64,000 bases of DNA from Basidiobolus meristosporus CBS 931.73 (lineage: Eukaryota; Fungi; Basidiobolomycota). Below, piece by piece: positions 1-12,593 of this stretch. The position numbers were made by a program, and so were the translations under genes. The stretch covers positions 66,708 to 130,707 of the forward strand of contig MCFE01000203.1 in NCBI GenBank assembly GCA_002104905.1, read 5' to 3'. Every line of letters starts with the position of its first letter. The stretch's first letter is position 1. The notes beneath the pieces are model-generated. The model was not told where the DNA came from. It made no database searches and was given only the letters and a program-made list of their open reading frames with translations.

Positions 1-73
1 CAAAACCAGCACAGTACAACTTGCAGCACTGGCAATTGCTAATTCTAGCTGTGGGCACTTTAGGCTACCCAAC

Positions 74-505
74 TCAGCAGCAGTCATCATAGCAATCATC
101 CCAGCATGGGTCACAGCAATCATCATAGCAAGGATCATAGCAGGGATCACAGCAAGGGTCACAGCAAGGATCACAGCATGGGTCACAGCAAGGATCACAG
201 CATGGGTCACAGCAGGGATCACAGCAGGGATCACAGCAGTCATCATAGCAAGGATCATAGCAAGGATCACAGCAGGGATCCCAGCAATCATCATAACAAG
301 GATCATAGCAGGGATCCCAGCAATCATCATAACAAGGATCATAACAGGGGTCACAGCAATCATCATAGTCATAGGATGAGTAGCCTCTCTTCTGAACTTT
401 ACTGGTACCTGCAGCAGCCTGACCATGGGGAAGGGAGAGTGTGGTTCCAAGGAAAAGGACACCAAGAACAGTGGCCAGTGAGAGATTGCTGAAAGAGAAC
501 TTCAT
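74..505 (-). CDS. Small secreted Cys/Asp-rich tetrapeptide-repeat protein (143 aa), unknown family
   Basis: ATG at 505 (MKFSFSNLSLATVLGVLFLGTTLS, hydrophobic signal-peptide-like), KR dibasic site, then 24 repeats of D-[P/D]-C-[C/Y/W] running to the stop at 74-76. Confidence 0.75.
   Translation of the reverse strand: MKFSFSNLSLATVLGVLFLGTTLSLPHGQAAAGTSKVQKRGYSSYDYDDCCDPCYDPCYDDCWDPCYDPCYDDCWDPCCDPCYDPCYDDCCDPCCDPCCDPCCDPCCDPCCDPCCDPCCDPCYDPCYDDCCDPCWDDCYDDCC
77..364. repeat. 12-bp coding tandem repeat, 24 units
   Basis: Units such as ggatcacagcag / ggatcatagcaa / tcatcatagcaa on the + strand; they encode the tetrapeptide array on the - strand. Confidence 0.95.
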
Positions 506-699
506 TTTAGCTAAAAGAAAGAGATGAGTTTTTATGGGAAGACCACTAATAAGTTGAGGCAAGATTGGATGATGCTATACCAGTGCTGACCATTTGGACT
601 TAAATACATTTTCTCCTTGCCAGTCATCCCCACTAATAGTGCCTCCAATATATTTCCATGACACTGAGATCACTATAGTCCCATCAGTAAATCAGGCCC

Positions 700-1044
700 T
701 GTTGTAAAAATTCGTATTTTCCACCTAAATATTCACCTAACTTAGTCACTTAGATCATCATCTTCAAATCCTAGAGAATACTGACCAAATTCCTTGTCGG
801 GATTTACTTAGAATATTTTCACAAATACCAGGTACCCAGAACATGAAAATTCTCAAGTTGTCCAAACAGCCCAAACTTTGCACACATGTTCTTGGGACCT
901 TCCTTAACCTATTCTACGTGTTGTAATGCCAAGACCATGTAAAAGTATAAATACTACTTTTACATTCAATAAATCATGAAGTGAAAACCACATAATCTAC
1001 TTGTTCTCCCAATCACTTCCAATATCTCCAAGACTCTTACAACA
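700..1044 (+). mobile_element. Solo LTR of a Ty1/Copia family
   Basis: TGTTGTAA...TTACAACA termini; closely matches the reverse complement of the LTR at 57041-57389; flanked by GGCCC/GGCCA (4 of 5 match, likely TSD). Confidence 0.9.
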
Positions 1045-1064
1045 GGCCAACCCTAACCCTAAAT

Positions 1065-2150
1065 TGGTATGATATTGAAGAGTATCTGTTACCCTAAGTA
1101 CTTCTCATGGGCTCCATCAGCATTCATATGCATATGTGACAATACAAATGCAAGGACTGGATGAAATGGATATGTGGTTATTCAAGTGGCCTTCTGAAGC
1201 CATTTCTACTAAGAGTACATTGGAAGCATTGGGAGTTATATGTGGATATTAAAGCAGTATTTATCTGGAAGTGGATCACCAATGCCAACTTGGTACATTT
1301 ATAGCTTTTGTGCAAAGGGTTTGTGACAGGACTTGAGCAGCTATACTAAAAACATCAAGCTGAACATGTGGTCCTCTGCTGCTACTGTATCCATTTGCTA
1401 CTCCATCTTGCTTAGTGTGTTGGGAATATTGGGCCTTGCTTCTCCTTTTGGGAGTTTCCTATGGAGCAGATGTGTGGGGAGATAGGAAGACAAGTCAAGT
1501 TGTAGGTACTACCATATCCAATCTTATCAAAAATATTACCTTCATGTCTGTCATAGATGTGATGAGTTGGTGCATGGGAGACAGCCAGGAAGAGTTGGAA
1601 AATACTGAGGACAGATGTGCTCATGGAAACACCTATGCCTATGGCGTTAAGAAGCTATGCAGCCCCAATGTGTGGGTAATTGGTTAACTAATGCAAAGTT
1701 GGGTTGGGTGCAACAAGCAACCAATTTGGATTTGGAAAGCTCTATCACGGTATGCTGGATTTTTCTTGGTCACAAGCCAATTTCTACACCATTCAATACA
1801 GAATTCACACAAACAAGAGCCAAAGCGCACCCATAAGGGGGACTAGAATCCAGCAGGGCAAAGGAATATATTGGCTAAGTACCAAAAAGTTCTTTGCAGA
1901 TATTCAGGAGGTATACGTGGCAAAAGTGGTGGCAATAAAACATATGTTGGCAAGACATATATGTTACCAGCAATACAAGGTATATGGCAACTCTGCAAGT
2001 ATCACACTAAAAAGCCATAAAGATGAGGTGATAGAAGTGTGTCAATTGCAGCAGGTATGCACATTTGTAGAGGCTAGTAAGCAGGAGGCCATAGTGTGTT
2101 TTGATTTGAACTATATGTGGAATACCCAAGGTAGTAGTGGGTAAGCAAAT
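1065..2150 (+). pseudogene. Degenerate CACTA (CMC-EnSpm) transposase fragment
   Basis: Manual translation through stops gives YKCKDWMKWICGYSSGLLKPFLLRVHWKHWELYV...IHLLLHLA*CVGNIGPCFSFWEFPMEQMCGEIG, matching the HxLLHL...GP...W.FPME..CG motif of CACTA transposases; several stops; CpG-poor. Confidence 0.7.
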
Positions 2151-4289
2151 AAAGAGGGTGAATCTATTGTGGAATATATGAATTGCACAAGGGGAGGTAG
2201 AAAAAGGAAATACCATTTAGTAAATTGATATGATTGCATTATACAGAACTAGCTGTAGGCTACCATACTGTTGAGATAATGTCATTTGAGGCTTGCAATG
2301 AGGCCATCAAATCACCATCAGGTTTTTTGCAATATAGGGCAATTGGATGCACTGGCCTGTTAGATCCACTCAAATAGTTGTAGAGCACTCTAAGACTGCA
2401 ACAATGTCATGCCACCCTTGGCAAAATACTGTACAAACACTGTTATATTTTTAACTTTATTTGGCTGTAAAATTAGCCAAATGCTGTTATGATACCATCA
2501 TCAGATTGTGTAGATAGTGATTAATTCCAAGCTGCTGATATTATTACAGTTTCCTGATGGGATCTTGACGGCTGATCCAGATTGGATCCACCCATGGGAC
2601 CAAATTAGTTTTCATAGGACAATAACAAAGTATGACTAGTACTCTTACATTCAGTGAATCATTAAGTGAAAGCCACATGATGTACTTACTGTCCTAATTA
2701 CATGCATTGTGTCCAAAACTCTTATAATAGTAAATAGTAGCCCTTTATTAGCAATAACTTTGGATGCATGACATAATAGTTAATAGCTATTTTAAGGCTT
2801 TCTTGAATGCAGCTAGCAGCAACATGTAGAATTGGTGTATATTTGTGACCATGCTCTTCTAAATAGAAAGTTGTTGTGTTGCACATAGTACAGTAGTATC
2901 TTATAAGCAACCATACTGATAACAGGCTAAATATACAAATATGTTTGGAGCAAACCAATAGATTTTAAGCATGTATTGTTGCAATAATTTGATTTTAATT
3001 TTCAACTTCAATTTACATAAAGGGCAATAACTAAATATTACTAAAGACTCAGCTAGGAAAGTTGAAATCATGCTATTGGATTTGCTATGTTCTTTAGTCA
3101 GCTTGGACACCTCTCTGGAGTTAGTTACACATAAATCCATACATAATTTGGTAGTATTAAACCATGTTTGCTCAATGCTAATGGTATGGCTAACTCTGAT
3201 TAGCAACCCAATATAATGTAATTCAAGTATTTAAAACTAGTGCTTGGCTTCATTCTATTTTCAATACTTTTATTTCTGAACTGGCCATATTTTCAACGCA
3301 GGAATGATTTTGCAGAACCAAATTATTTTGATGCATATAATCGCGAACTCTAGGTTGGCACTGAACTACTCTTAATTATAGGAAACATTTAGCGATCAGA
3401 TGCAAAAAGTCGCGCTAAAACAAACAGCAGAGTTACCTTTTATCCACTAAATCCAGTGCTTATGGGATCCAAAATATCTAAGAGTGCGCACTAATCTAAG
3501 GATTGCATTAATTGGTTTTCTTGAATTTCTATCGGATTATCAGAAAGTTATAGGGGGATAATCACGGAAGATTATTTATGGAAGTCTACTTGTAGCTATT
3601 GTGATTGGACGGAAATAACAAGAGGCGAATGATGATAATGGTGGTGGTACCTTGGCTGAGAAATTCGCATTTTTCTTGTATGTCACTCTTCTTACCAGTA
3701 AACGCAGCAATTTTCCTGTTGTCACTGCTCCAGTAGCTCGATATGCATGGAGCACGAATGAGGGGAATGGGCCCTATTCAATAAGGCGTTACTGTGAACG
3801 TTGGCTATACGAAACCAGAATAATCCCTCAGGATCCAAAGGTAGAGACTATAGGCCAACTTATTTTGAATACTACCCTTCCTTTATTCGAACATTCAAGT
3901 AACTTAGTCAAACTTTGGGTGCACACATTCTGGTTCATTGGGCAATACTGTATGGGGTTGAGTTGGCTAGGATACTTTTGTCTGTGATCGATTATGATCT
4001 TCACCAAAGGTTGATTTCGACTAGCTGGCTGGTAATTACCCAGGGCCACGCCTATATACGAGTTGTTGGCTAATTTCTCGACATGATCACGACTTTCACA
4101 AATAGGTTACATTGAGACTGCCTTTTGATGATACTAACCTCCAAATCAAGCTAGATCCTGAATACGGAGGGACTTGATGAGATACCATCCACAACGAAAA
4201 ATTAGATGGCATGATATGCAGGCTCTGCTATATCAAAGGTTCAGTATAAAAGTCGTCAACTGGCGCTCACCTCGATATCCGCGCTCGAC

Positions 4290-5923
4290 ATGGTGAAAGC
4301 ACACAGTTTACTGGCCTTTTTCGCTACTGCAGCCATCCTTGGCCTCTCCGATGCCAAAGGAAGCAAGCCTAACTTCCTCGTTTTCCTGATGGATGACCAG
4401 GATTTGAAGATGGACTCTCTAACGCTACATGCCACGCGTACACAAATACATTACCACTCAGGGAACTTCATTCAATCATCACTACATCTCCACCGCCATC
4501 TGTTGTCCTTCGAGAGTCTCATTCTGGACCGGGCAATTCCCGCATAACCACAACGTAACCGACGAGTCACCACCGCACGGAGGCTATCCGAAGTTTTTGT
4601 CGAGACAGTTGGACAGTAACTACCTTCCGTTGTGGTTGGACCAGGCTGGCTACTCCAACTACTATCTTGGAAAATTCATCAACGGGGTTGACGCCAGAAA
4701 CCCTGGGCCTCCGAAAGGCTGGACCCACTTCGAGCCGCTTGTGGCACCATGGATTTATCAATATTTAAACCCGACATTCTCCCTCAACGGTGCTCCTTTT
4801 GAGGCGCACGATGGCGAGTATCAGACCGATGTTATCCTCAACAAAACCTTGAACATCCTAGATACCCTAGCTTCGTCTGACAAACCATTCCTGTTCACAG
4901 TCTCTCCTGTGGCCCCGCATGATACTGTGACGGTGAACACCAACTCAGGTGCCGCCGAGTTCTATCCTCCGGTGCCCGCCAAGCGCCATGAGGCGTTGTT
5001 CAAAGATCTGAAGGTCCCCCGGAAACCCAACTTCAATCCCAAGCATCAGGACAAACCCTCTTGGTTGAAAACCCTGCCTTACCTGAACCAAACCCGGCTC
5101 GATGACCTTGACGAACACTATCGACTACGCATTAGATCCCTTCAGGCCGTCGATGAGTTGGTGGAGAAGGTGATCAAGAAACTTGAGAAGCAAGGGCAAC
5201 TTGATAACACCTACATCATCTACACCACTGACAATGGATACCATCTTGGACATCATCGCTTAGGCGCTGGTAAAGGAACTCCGTATGAGGAGGATGTGAA
5301 CATTCCCTTCATTATTCGCGGACCAGGGGTTGCCAAAGGAGAGATTAGTAAGGCATTCACCACACATACCCACGTTGCGGCGACTATTTTGGACCTTGCC
5401 GGACTACCTGTTCCTGCACATCTGGATGCCTCGCCCATGCCAGTGCTGAGGAGACCACACACGAAGTACGATGTCACCGAAGCGTTCAACGTGGAGTTCT
5501 GGTCCAATACCTTTTTCGAGGACACTTGGGAACGCTTCTCCAACAACTCTTACAAAGCGGTTAGAGTCATCGGAGACGGCTACAACTACTATTACTCCAC
5601 CTGGTGTACTGGCGAACATGAATTAGTATGATCTGCAAGAGGACCCCTACCAACTTCACAACATCTATCCTCGCGTAGTGCACAAGGATGCTAGACTACT
5701 TGACCGTCTCAACGCTCTTTTGAATGTACTTAGAGACTGCCAAGGAGACACCTGTCGCCATCCTTGGGGAGTACTCCATCCTGATGGCTCAGTTAGAAAT
5801 CTCAAGCAGGCACTCAGAAGTCGGCATGATTCGTACTACGCCGGATTGCCGGTATGGAAATTCATCACCTGCAAGGTGTTCAATGATCGTACCAACGAAG
5901 TATTGGTCAAGAAAGGCCATTAG
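4290..5923 (+). CDS. Secreted sulfatase (arylsulfatase / GlcNAc-6-sulfatase-like), intronless, with two apparent +1 frameshifts (~4425 and ~5626)
   Basis: Signal peptide, KPNFLVFLMDDQD, formylglycine motif CCPSR, YLGKFIN, TTDNGYHLGHH, KGTPYEEDVNIPF; removing one base at each site joins ORFs 4290, 4429 and 5678 into one protein (…GEHELYDLQEDPYQLHN…). Confidence 0.85.
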
Positions 5924-7422
5924 AAGTCGAACTCGCCGGAAACTAAATGCATGTCCCAATAAATTATCAAACCATTAGCTGCAATGGACCACTTGAAGAT
6001 TGATATTGAAACCGAATGATCACGGCCTCCAGCGCAAGCTACAAAGCATGTTCACTACAACTGGGCATTCCTCTACAAACGAAGTCTTATCGGACAGCCA
6101 TCCACCTAGGAACTGCCCTTTTTTGACAAGAAAACCACCGCTTACATAATGACCTGATTTAGGATATCGCGAACACTAATTGTTGATGGGTTCCATGGAG
6201 CATTATCATAATTCTCCGCACTGGAGATATCTTGGTGTATTTGATGGATTTAATTGATAAATAAATAAACGAATATTGTCTAACCATATTACTAAGCTAT
6301 CAACGCCAGTCTGTATAGCAATGTCCGACCTCCCCCGGAGATCACTAATAGAAATGCATTAAAAATCGGGCTAAAAGAATCCCCTGAATTATCAAGGGCA
6401 TTTGGACAACATCCAGACTTTTAAACGTTTCCACAGTTATGAAGAATTGCCTAATATGTTACCAAGACCAATCGACATCTGACAACTGAATTCGTTGGGA
6501 GTATGCAGTCCTGATTAGTTGCACACACGCATACCGTAGTCTTGGTTCGGGAAGAGTACATCCACTGGGAAATGTGCTAATGCCCCCAACACTAAGCCAT
6601 GAATGCGCCATGAGCATTCCTCGACACCGTGTCTGGCCTCTCCTTCCGACATTTTTATGACAATCACCATGTGGCAGAGACTCGTATATGATTCCCAATA
6701 ATAGAAGAGGGAAATGGAGTTTCCTTTTTTGCCAAATCCAGCCAAAGGCGTGCACTGGGCTGGTCGACCAAGACAAGGATTTATGCAATGTCGTGTTGGG
6801 AAGGTTGTTTGGTTAACTAGGCCCAACTTGACCAGACCTGCACACAATTCATCCGGTCAAATGAATTATGTAACATCACATGACATATGACTACATGAAG
6901 CATTAGTGTGATAATGCACCCTACATGCTTGGCTTGTGACTAACCTCAGAATATATAATAATGACAAGAGTGCTACGAAATCTCGAGCACCGAAGACCCA
7001 ACATCTCATTGGTGGGGGAAGAATGATTCAATGGAATCAGTCACTCGAGAAGTATGGCTAAACCTTTCCACTGATTTCTTACGCAATCGAATCACCAGGT
7101 GCGTCATCGATCCACACCCACATATAGATTACCTGGCCATTCAAATATCTTACCAAATCTTTCGAAGTCACTCGTCCACGATCGAACCAATTTTCTTTGG
7201 ATTTGGGTTCGACCTTGTGACTGGTTGTGTCGATTCACCGACTCATTTACCCATCCCTTCCCTCGCCCAGTTGTATATGCTCAACGAAATTTCATGCTCC
7301 CCGTCACGTGGCTGGCGGTGGACTTTTTTTTCGAATGGATCCTGCTCTTTTACGGATTTCCTCGACGCCGTCACTTGCTATCGTACCATATATTTCCACA
7401 ACCCGCACGCACACAAACCCAA

Positions 7423-10400
7423 ATGAACCTGCAAAGTGACACCCGCTCGGCCAATATCGCCGCCGCCCACGAAATGGACTGCCCGCCATTTGCGGTGGCG
7501 CGCCGTCGAAGAGCGCAATCCGTATCTCATTTAACCTACGCGTTGACGTCGGCCTTGAAATTGCCTCCCATCAACGAAGCAGATGGTGGTTACCTCTACC
7601 ACCCACCCAACCAGAAAAGCCACTCCGTGGCGAAAGGACCTAGTTGGGAGCCCACGCTGGAACACGCCATCAAAGCTATCGTGTCTATCAGGGCAAACCA
7701 TGTTCGGAGCTTCGATACTGAGACTTCAGGTAAACGAGGGGTACCAGTGTAAGTGAACCCACATGCATTAGCTAACTGGCCGTCCGTAACTAGGCTCATA
7801 CACTGCCACTGGATTCGTGGTGGACGCCGAGCGCGGCATCATCCTTTCAAATAGACACGTCGTGAGCCCCGCCCCCATCATAGCCCAGGCGGTGTTCACA
7901 AACTACGAGGAGGTGAATCTTCAACCGATCTACCGAGACCCAGTGCATGATTTTGGGTTTTTCAAGTTCGATCCTTCGGCGATCAAATTCATGAACCTGG
8001 TGGAGATTCCACTCACCCCAGAACGAGCCAAAGTCGGCCTGGATATCAGGGTGGTTGGAAACGATGCAGGAGAGAAGCTGTCCATTCTGGCCGGAACGCT
8101 AGCCCGCCTCGATCGTAGAGCGCCTGATTACGGCATTGGAGAGTATAATGACTTCAACACCTTTTACCTGCAAGCTGCATCCGGGACAAGCGGCGGCTCG
8201 TCTGGTAGTCCGGTGCTGGATATTGAGGGGCATGCTATCGCGTTGAATGCCGGTGGCGCCTCCAAGGCATCCTCCAGCTATTATCTGCCTTTGAACCGAA
8301 TTGTGGCGGCGCTGAAGTATATACAGCAGGGGAAACCTGTGCCACGAGGCACATTCCAAACCGAGTTCGAGCATCTCCCATACGACGACATTCGCAGGCT
8401 CGGGCTCAATGCCGAACTGGAGAAGGAGATTCGACAAATCTTCCCAGACGAGACCGGGTTGTTGGTAGTTCGCCAAGTTCTTCCCAAAGGCCCGGGGGAT
8501 AAGATCCTGATTCCGGGAGACATTGTGCTTCGGTTGAACCACAAGTATATCACCAATTTCGTGGATCTGTTCGCAGTGGTGGATGAATCGGTGGGCGCAG
8601 ATGTCGAGCTTACAATTAGCAGGGGGTCTAAGATTCTGGAGGTTACACTCCACGTGCAAGATCTGCATTCGATCACTCCCAACAAATTCGTGGAGATCGG
8701 CGGAGGTATTGTGAATGAGCTCTCATACCAATTGGCCAAGAGCTTCAGTCAGCCAGTCGGCGGAGTGTATGTGGCCACCAGTGGACATATGCTGGCCAGC
8801 GCAAGCGCATGGCGAAAGAGCATTATTCTCAGTGTGAATCACATTCCTACGCCGAATCTGGAGGCCTTTGTTGACGCGGTGCAAACCCTTCCAGACGGGG
8901 CGCGTGTTCCCATCAGATACTACTCTCTCTCCAAGGTGTACAAGGAGCGGTTAATGATCATGAATGTCGACCGCCATTGGCACAATTTCCGAGTAGCTAA
9001 GCGGGATGAACTAACCGGACTATGGCATTACGACAACATGCCGCCACCACCAGCCATCCACTCCTATTCTCCAGCCACCGCATCTTTTCCGAATCTGGAA
9101 GGCAACATGAAGCTAGCAGGGGAATTGCTACCCTCCTTTGTGGCGATCGACTTCCATATTCCTTACTTGGTGGATGGTATGAAAGATACCCAATTTTACG
9201 GCATAGGCCTCGTCGTGGATACAAACCGGGGGCTGATCGTTTGCGACCGTGATACCGTACCGATCTCTATTGGGGATATCTTTCTCACCTTTGCCAACTC
9301 CATCATCATCCCTGGCCGACTCTTGTACCTTCACCCATTCTTCAACTTTGCCGTGCTCGAGTATGACCCGGAATTGCTTGGAACTACACCCGTCAAGGCG
9401 GCGGATATCCTTTACGACCACCCTCTATCGCAAGGAGATGAAGTCCATATGGTAGCGATCAGTGCTGATCACAATCCTTTGGTTAGACGCACCTACGTGA
9501 CCAGTATCGGCAATGTTGCCACTCGAGAATGCTCGCCTCCAAGGTGGAGGGCCATGAATGTCGAAGGGATCAAGCTGGATGACCCTGTTTCATGCCAAGG
9601 TGGAGTATTGTGCAATGCAGAAGGCCAGGTCCTTGCGCTCTGGATAAATTATTCGAGTCAAGATGACAAGCAAAAGGATATCTCGTTTATGACCGGATTC
9701 TCCGTGGACCATCTAAGGCCCGTTGTTGAGCCACTCAGCAATGGGGAATCACCCAAGTTAAGGACGGTGGATGTTGAGTTTTGGACCTTGAGAATCGCGG
9801 CAGCCAGAACCCTTGGCCTGACCGATGAATGGGTCCAACGGCTTGAATCCTCTGGAGCAAACCAGCATACTTTACTATATGTTCTAAGCTTACTATCATC
9901 CAACTCTCCGGTCTCGAAAGTACTGAACGTTGGTGACGTAGTTCTTGAAATGAACGGCAAGATCGTTAACAAGATGGGAGACCTAGCACAGTTGAACAAG
10001 GAGGAGGAGGTAGAGATGGTGGGTATTTCGAAGCAATTGTTATGAACTTGTAGCCTTGATGTTAACCTTCCCTTATAGAAAATCCTACGAGACGGACACG
10101 AGCTCACAGTAAGGGTTCCGACCGTTCCCCTTGATGGCCAGGGAACAACCAGGATTATCGGCTGGGCAGGTGCACTAGTTCAAGAGCCCTACCGAGCAGT
10201 TCTAGAGCAGGTGAAGAGCATCCCTCAAGGCGTATACGTTTCATGCACACTCTATGGCTCCCCATCAAATACATACAACCTGAAACCGGGGGTCTGGATC
10301 TCTGAGATCAACGATATCCCGGTTCGTGACCTCCACTCATTCTGCGATGCGGTGAAATTGCTACAAAATCGACCCCGAAAGAGCGCAGATGATGAGTATA

Positions 10401-10540
10401 TCCGATTGAAGACAATCAGCCGAGCTGGCGAGACTGTCCGAGTCCTGAGCCTGAAAACCGATGAGCATTACTGGCCAACCTGGCAATTAGTTCAGGATCA
10501 GAGTACAACCGCCGGGTGGAGATGTATATTCGAAATATGA
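7423..10540 (+). CDS. NMA111: Pro-apoptotic HtrA-like serine protease with PDZ domains (Nma111/Ynm3 family), 3 exons
   Basis: Catalytic motifs NRHVV, HDFGF, GSSGSP; duplicated protease-PDZ architecture; predicted introns 7730-7793 and about 10020-10078 with GT..AG ends join the frames. Confidence 0.9.
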
Positions 10541-10654
10541 TTTGGCCTTATCATTGGGATTATATAGGTGACCATCTTTATCTCGAACTTCATTTATTGC
10601 CTTATGTATCATATCCGTTCACGAATACTTGGTGAAACAATGCTAGATAGACCA

Positions 10655-11120
10655 AGGAATTGAAATAAACCATCACGATTCTCAATTGCATACGTAGCAC
10701 GCGTATCCATTGTTGTGCCACGCAAAGTGTTCATCCTAAATGAGATGATGTTACTGATGTGCCTGCAGAGTATCATCAGTCGACGAAAACTCTAATGACC
10801 GGATTCCCAGTGATAGACTGGGGATGGGAATGGCAGCCCGGTAGCTGGTTACACCAGCTCCGATTTGGTCATTTCAAGAAGCAATCACAAGAGTGATGAT
10901 GAATATTTGAGTGTGCGAACGGAGTACGAAACCGCATCTGTGGGCAAGAACTGATTCATCATATCAAGAAAATCCCCTTCGCCCAGAGAAATATCACTCA
11001 TGTGAAAATATTCGAGTATTGCGCATGTACAGAGTCTGTAGAACCTCGCTAGTATAAATACATACATCTGAGGATCAGCAGCAGCATTCCCCGCCTATCT
11101 CCTATCACATTCATCGTATC
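10655..11120 (+). repeat. Duplicated upstream region of aminopeptidase copy 1 (paralogous to ~13385-13840), with TATAAATA at 11053
   Basis: Long identical block ccattgttgtgccacgcaa...aagaaaatcc in both; 2720-bp offset equals the CDS offset. Confidence 0.9.
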
Positions 11121-12593
11121 ATGAAGTCCTCGACCGCCTTCCTTGCTCTGGCCTCCTCTATCCTGGCTGTGAACGCTTGCGATTCCGAGTGGCTCCAACG
11201 TAAGATCACCCTCCAGGGGCTTCTAAGACACACCAACAACTTCCAGAAGTTCGCCAATGCTCACAACCACACCCGCGTGTTCGGCAGTGAAGGCCATCAG
11301 AAGACCGTCGACTACATCCATGGGATTGTCAAGAACGCGGGATACGATGTAACCATCCAGGAGTTCACTGCTCCTTATTCCGAAACATTGGCACAGAAGC
11401 TTTCCGTGAACGGCAAGGAGTACGATATCCAGGCAATGACCCTGACTGCCTCCACACCTGAAGGCGGATTGACCGCTCCACTTGTTCTTGTCCCCGATGT
11501 CGCCGGTGAGAAGGGCTCGGCTGGATGTGAAGATGGAGACTTCGCTGGTCTTGATCTCAAAGGGAAGATTGCCTTGGTCGAAAGAGGCTCCTGCGCATTC
11601 AACAACAAATCCTTGAATGCCGGTAAGCTTGGCGCCGTTGCTACCATTGTGTACAACAACGCAGCTGGTGACCTGAAGGGAACCCTCGGTGCTGAGGATA
11701 CTTCCAAGATCCCCACCGGTGGCATCAGTCAGGAATCCGGAAAGGCGTTGATCGAGCTGCTGAAGAAGGGTGAAGTCAAGGCAGCCTTGAATTTGGTGGA
11801 ACTCAATGAGGTTCGTTCCACCTACAACGTGATTGCTGAGACTAAGGGTGGAGATGCATCCAAGGTCGTCATGCTTGGCGCTCACTCCGACTCTGTCCAA
11901 GCTGGCCCTGGAATCAACGACAACGGGTCAGGAAGCGCAGCCCTTCTCGAACTAGCCTACCAGTTCCGCAACGTCAAGCCTAAGAACAAGGTTCGTTTCG
12001 CATGGTGGTCAGCCGAGGAGTTCGGACTCCTTGGATCGGAGTACTACGTCAGCAAATTGCAAAAGACCGACATTGCCAACATCGCGGTGATGCTCAACTT
12101 CGACATGATTGCCTCGCCAAACTACGTGATCCGTATTTACAACGGCGATGAGAGCGGCCAACCTGTGCCAGCTGGCTCTGAAGTTGTCACCAAATTGTTC
12201 GAGGATCACTTCAAGGCTAAGAAAATCACCTATCTCAGTGAGCCAGCTCCCTTTGACCGTACCGATATTGGACCTTTCTCCGCTGTAGGCATTCCATCTG
12301 GAGGCTTGGAAACTGGCGCCGAGAAGCTGAAGACTGAGGAAGAAGCCAAACTGTTTGGTGGTAAGGCTGGCGAGCCATATGACAAGTGCTATCACCTTGC
12401 TTGTGATACCACTGCCAACCTTGCCCACAAAGCATTCTTGATCAATGGCCGCGGTATCGCTCACGCAGTGGCAACCTACTCCCAAGATGTCTCCACCGTA
12501 GCAGCCGCTCGTGGTGGCCCAGCCAAGAAGACCAAAAGAGGAGTGGCCCCAATCAGCCATGGATCAGGAGGCTGCACCTTACCAAAAGCATAA
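11121..12593 (+). CDS. Secreted M28 PA-domain aminopeptidase (aminopeptidase Y / Lap2-like), copy 1
   Basis: Signal peptide, PA domain (KGKIALVERGSC), Zn-ligand motifs GAHSD, NDNGSG, AEEFG, NFDM, YH; intronless 490 aa. Confidence 0.92.
   Translation: MKSSTAFLALASSILAVNACDSEWLQRKITLQGLLRHTNNFQKFANAHNHTRVFGSEGHQKTVDYIHGIVKNAGYDVTIQEFTAPYSETLAQKLSVNGKEYDIQAMTLTASTPEGGLTAPLVLVPDVAGEKGSAGCEDGDFAGLDLKGKIALVERGSCAFNNKSLNAGKLGAVATIVYNNAAGDLKGTLGAEDTSKIPTGGISQESGKALIELLKKGEVKAALNLVELNEVRSTYNVIAETKGGDASKVVMLGAHSDSVQAGPGINDNGSGSAALLELAYQFRNVKPKNKVRFAWWSAEEFGLLGSEYYVSKLQKTDIANIAVMLNFDMIASPNYVIRIYNGDESGQPVPAGSEVVTKLFEDHFKAKKITYLSEPAPFDRTDIGPFSAVGIPSGGLETGAEKLKTEEEAKLFGGKAGEPYDKCYHLACDTTANLAHKAFLINGRGIAHAVATYSQDVSTVAAARGGPAKKTKRGVAPISHGSGGCTLPKA

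Noticed and set aside
106-492. His/Ser-rich (HSKD/HSRD) ORF on the + strand
   Set aside because: It is the antisense shadow of the 12-bp repeat; the - strand ORF has the signal peptide, KR site and a stop exactly at the repeat end. A functional antisense product cannot be fully excluded.
2150-3300. Short ORFs 2722-2958 and 2901-3206
   Set aside because: AT-rich, CpG-depleted, no recognisable motif; probably decayed repeat of unknown type
3652-4049. ORFs upstream of the sulfatase
   Set aside because: No ATG-led coherent product or motif; likely promoter region
4421-5630. Programmed ribosomal frameshifting in the sulfatase
   Set aside because: No slippery heptamer or obvious stimulatory structure; the same +1 pattern in unrelated genes points to assembly error
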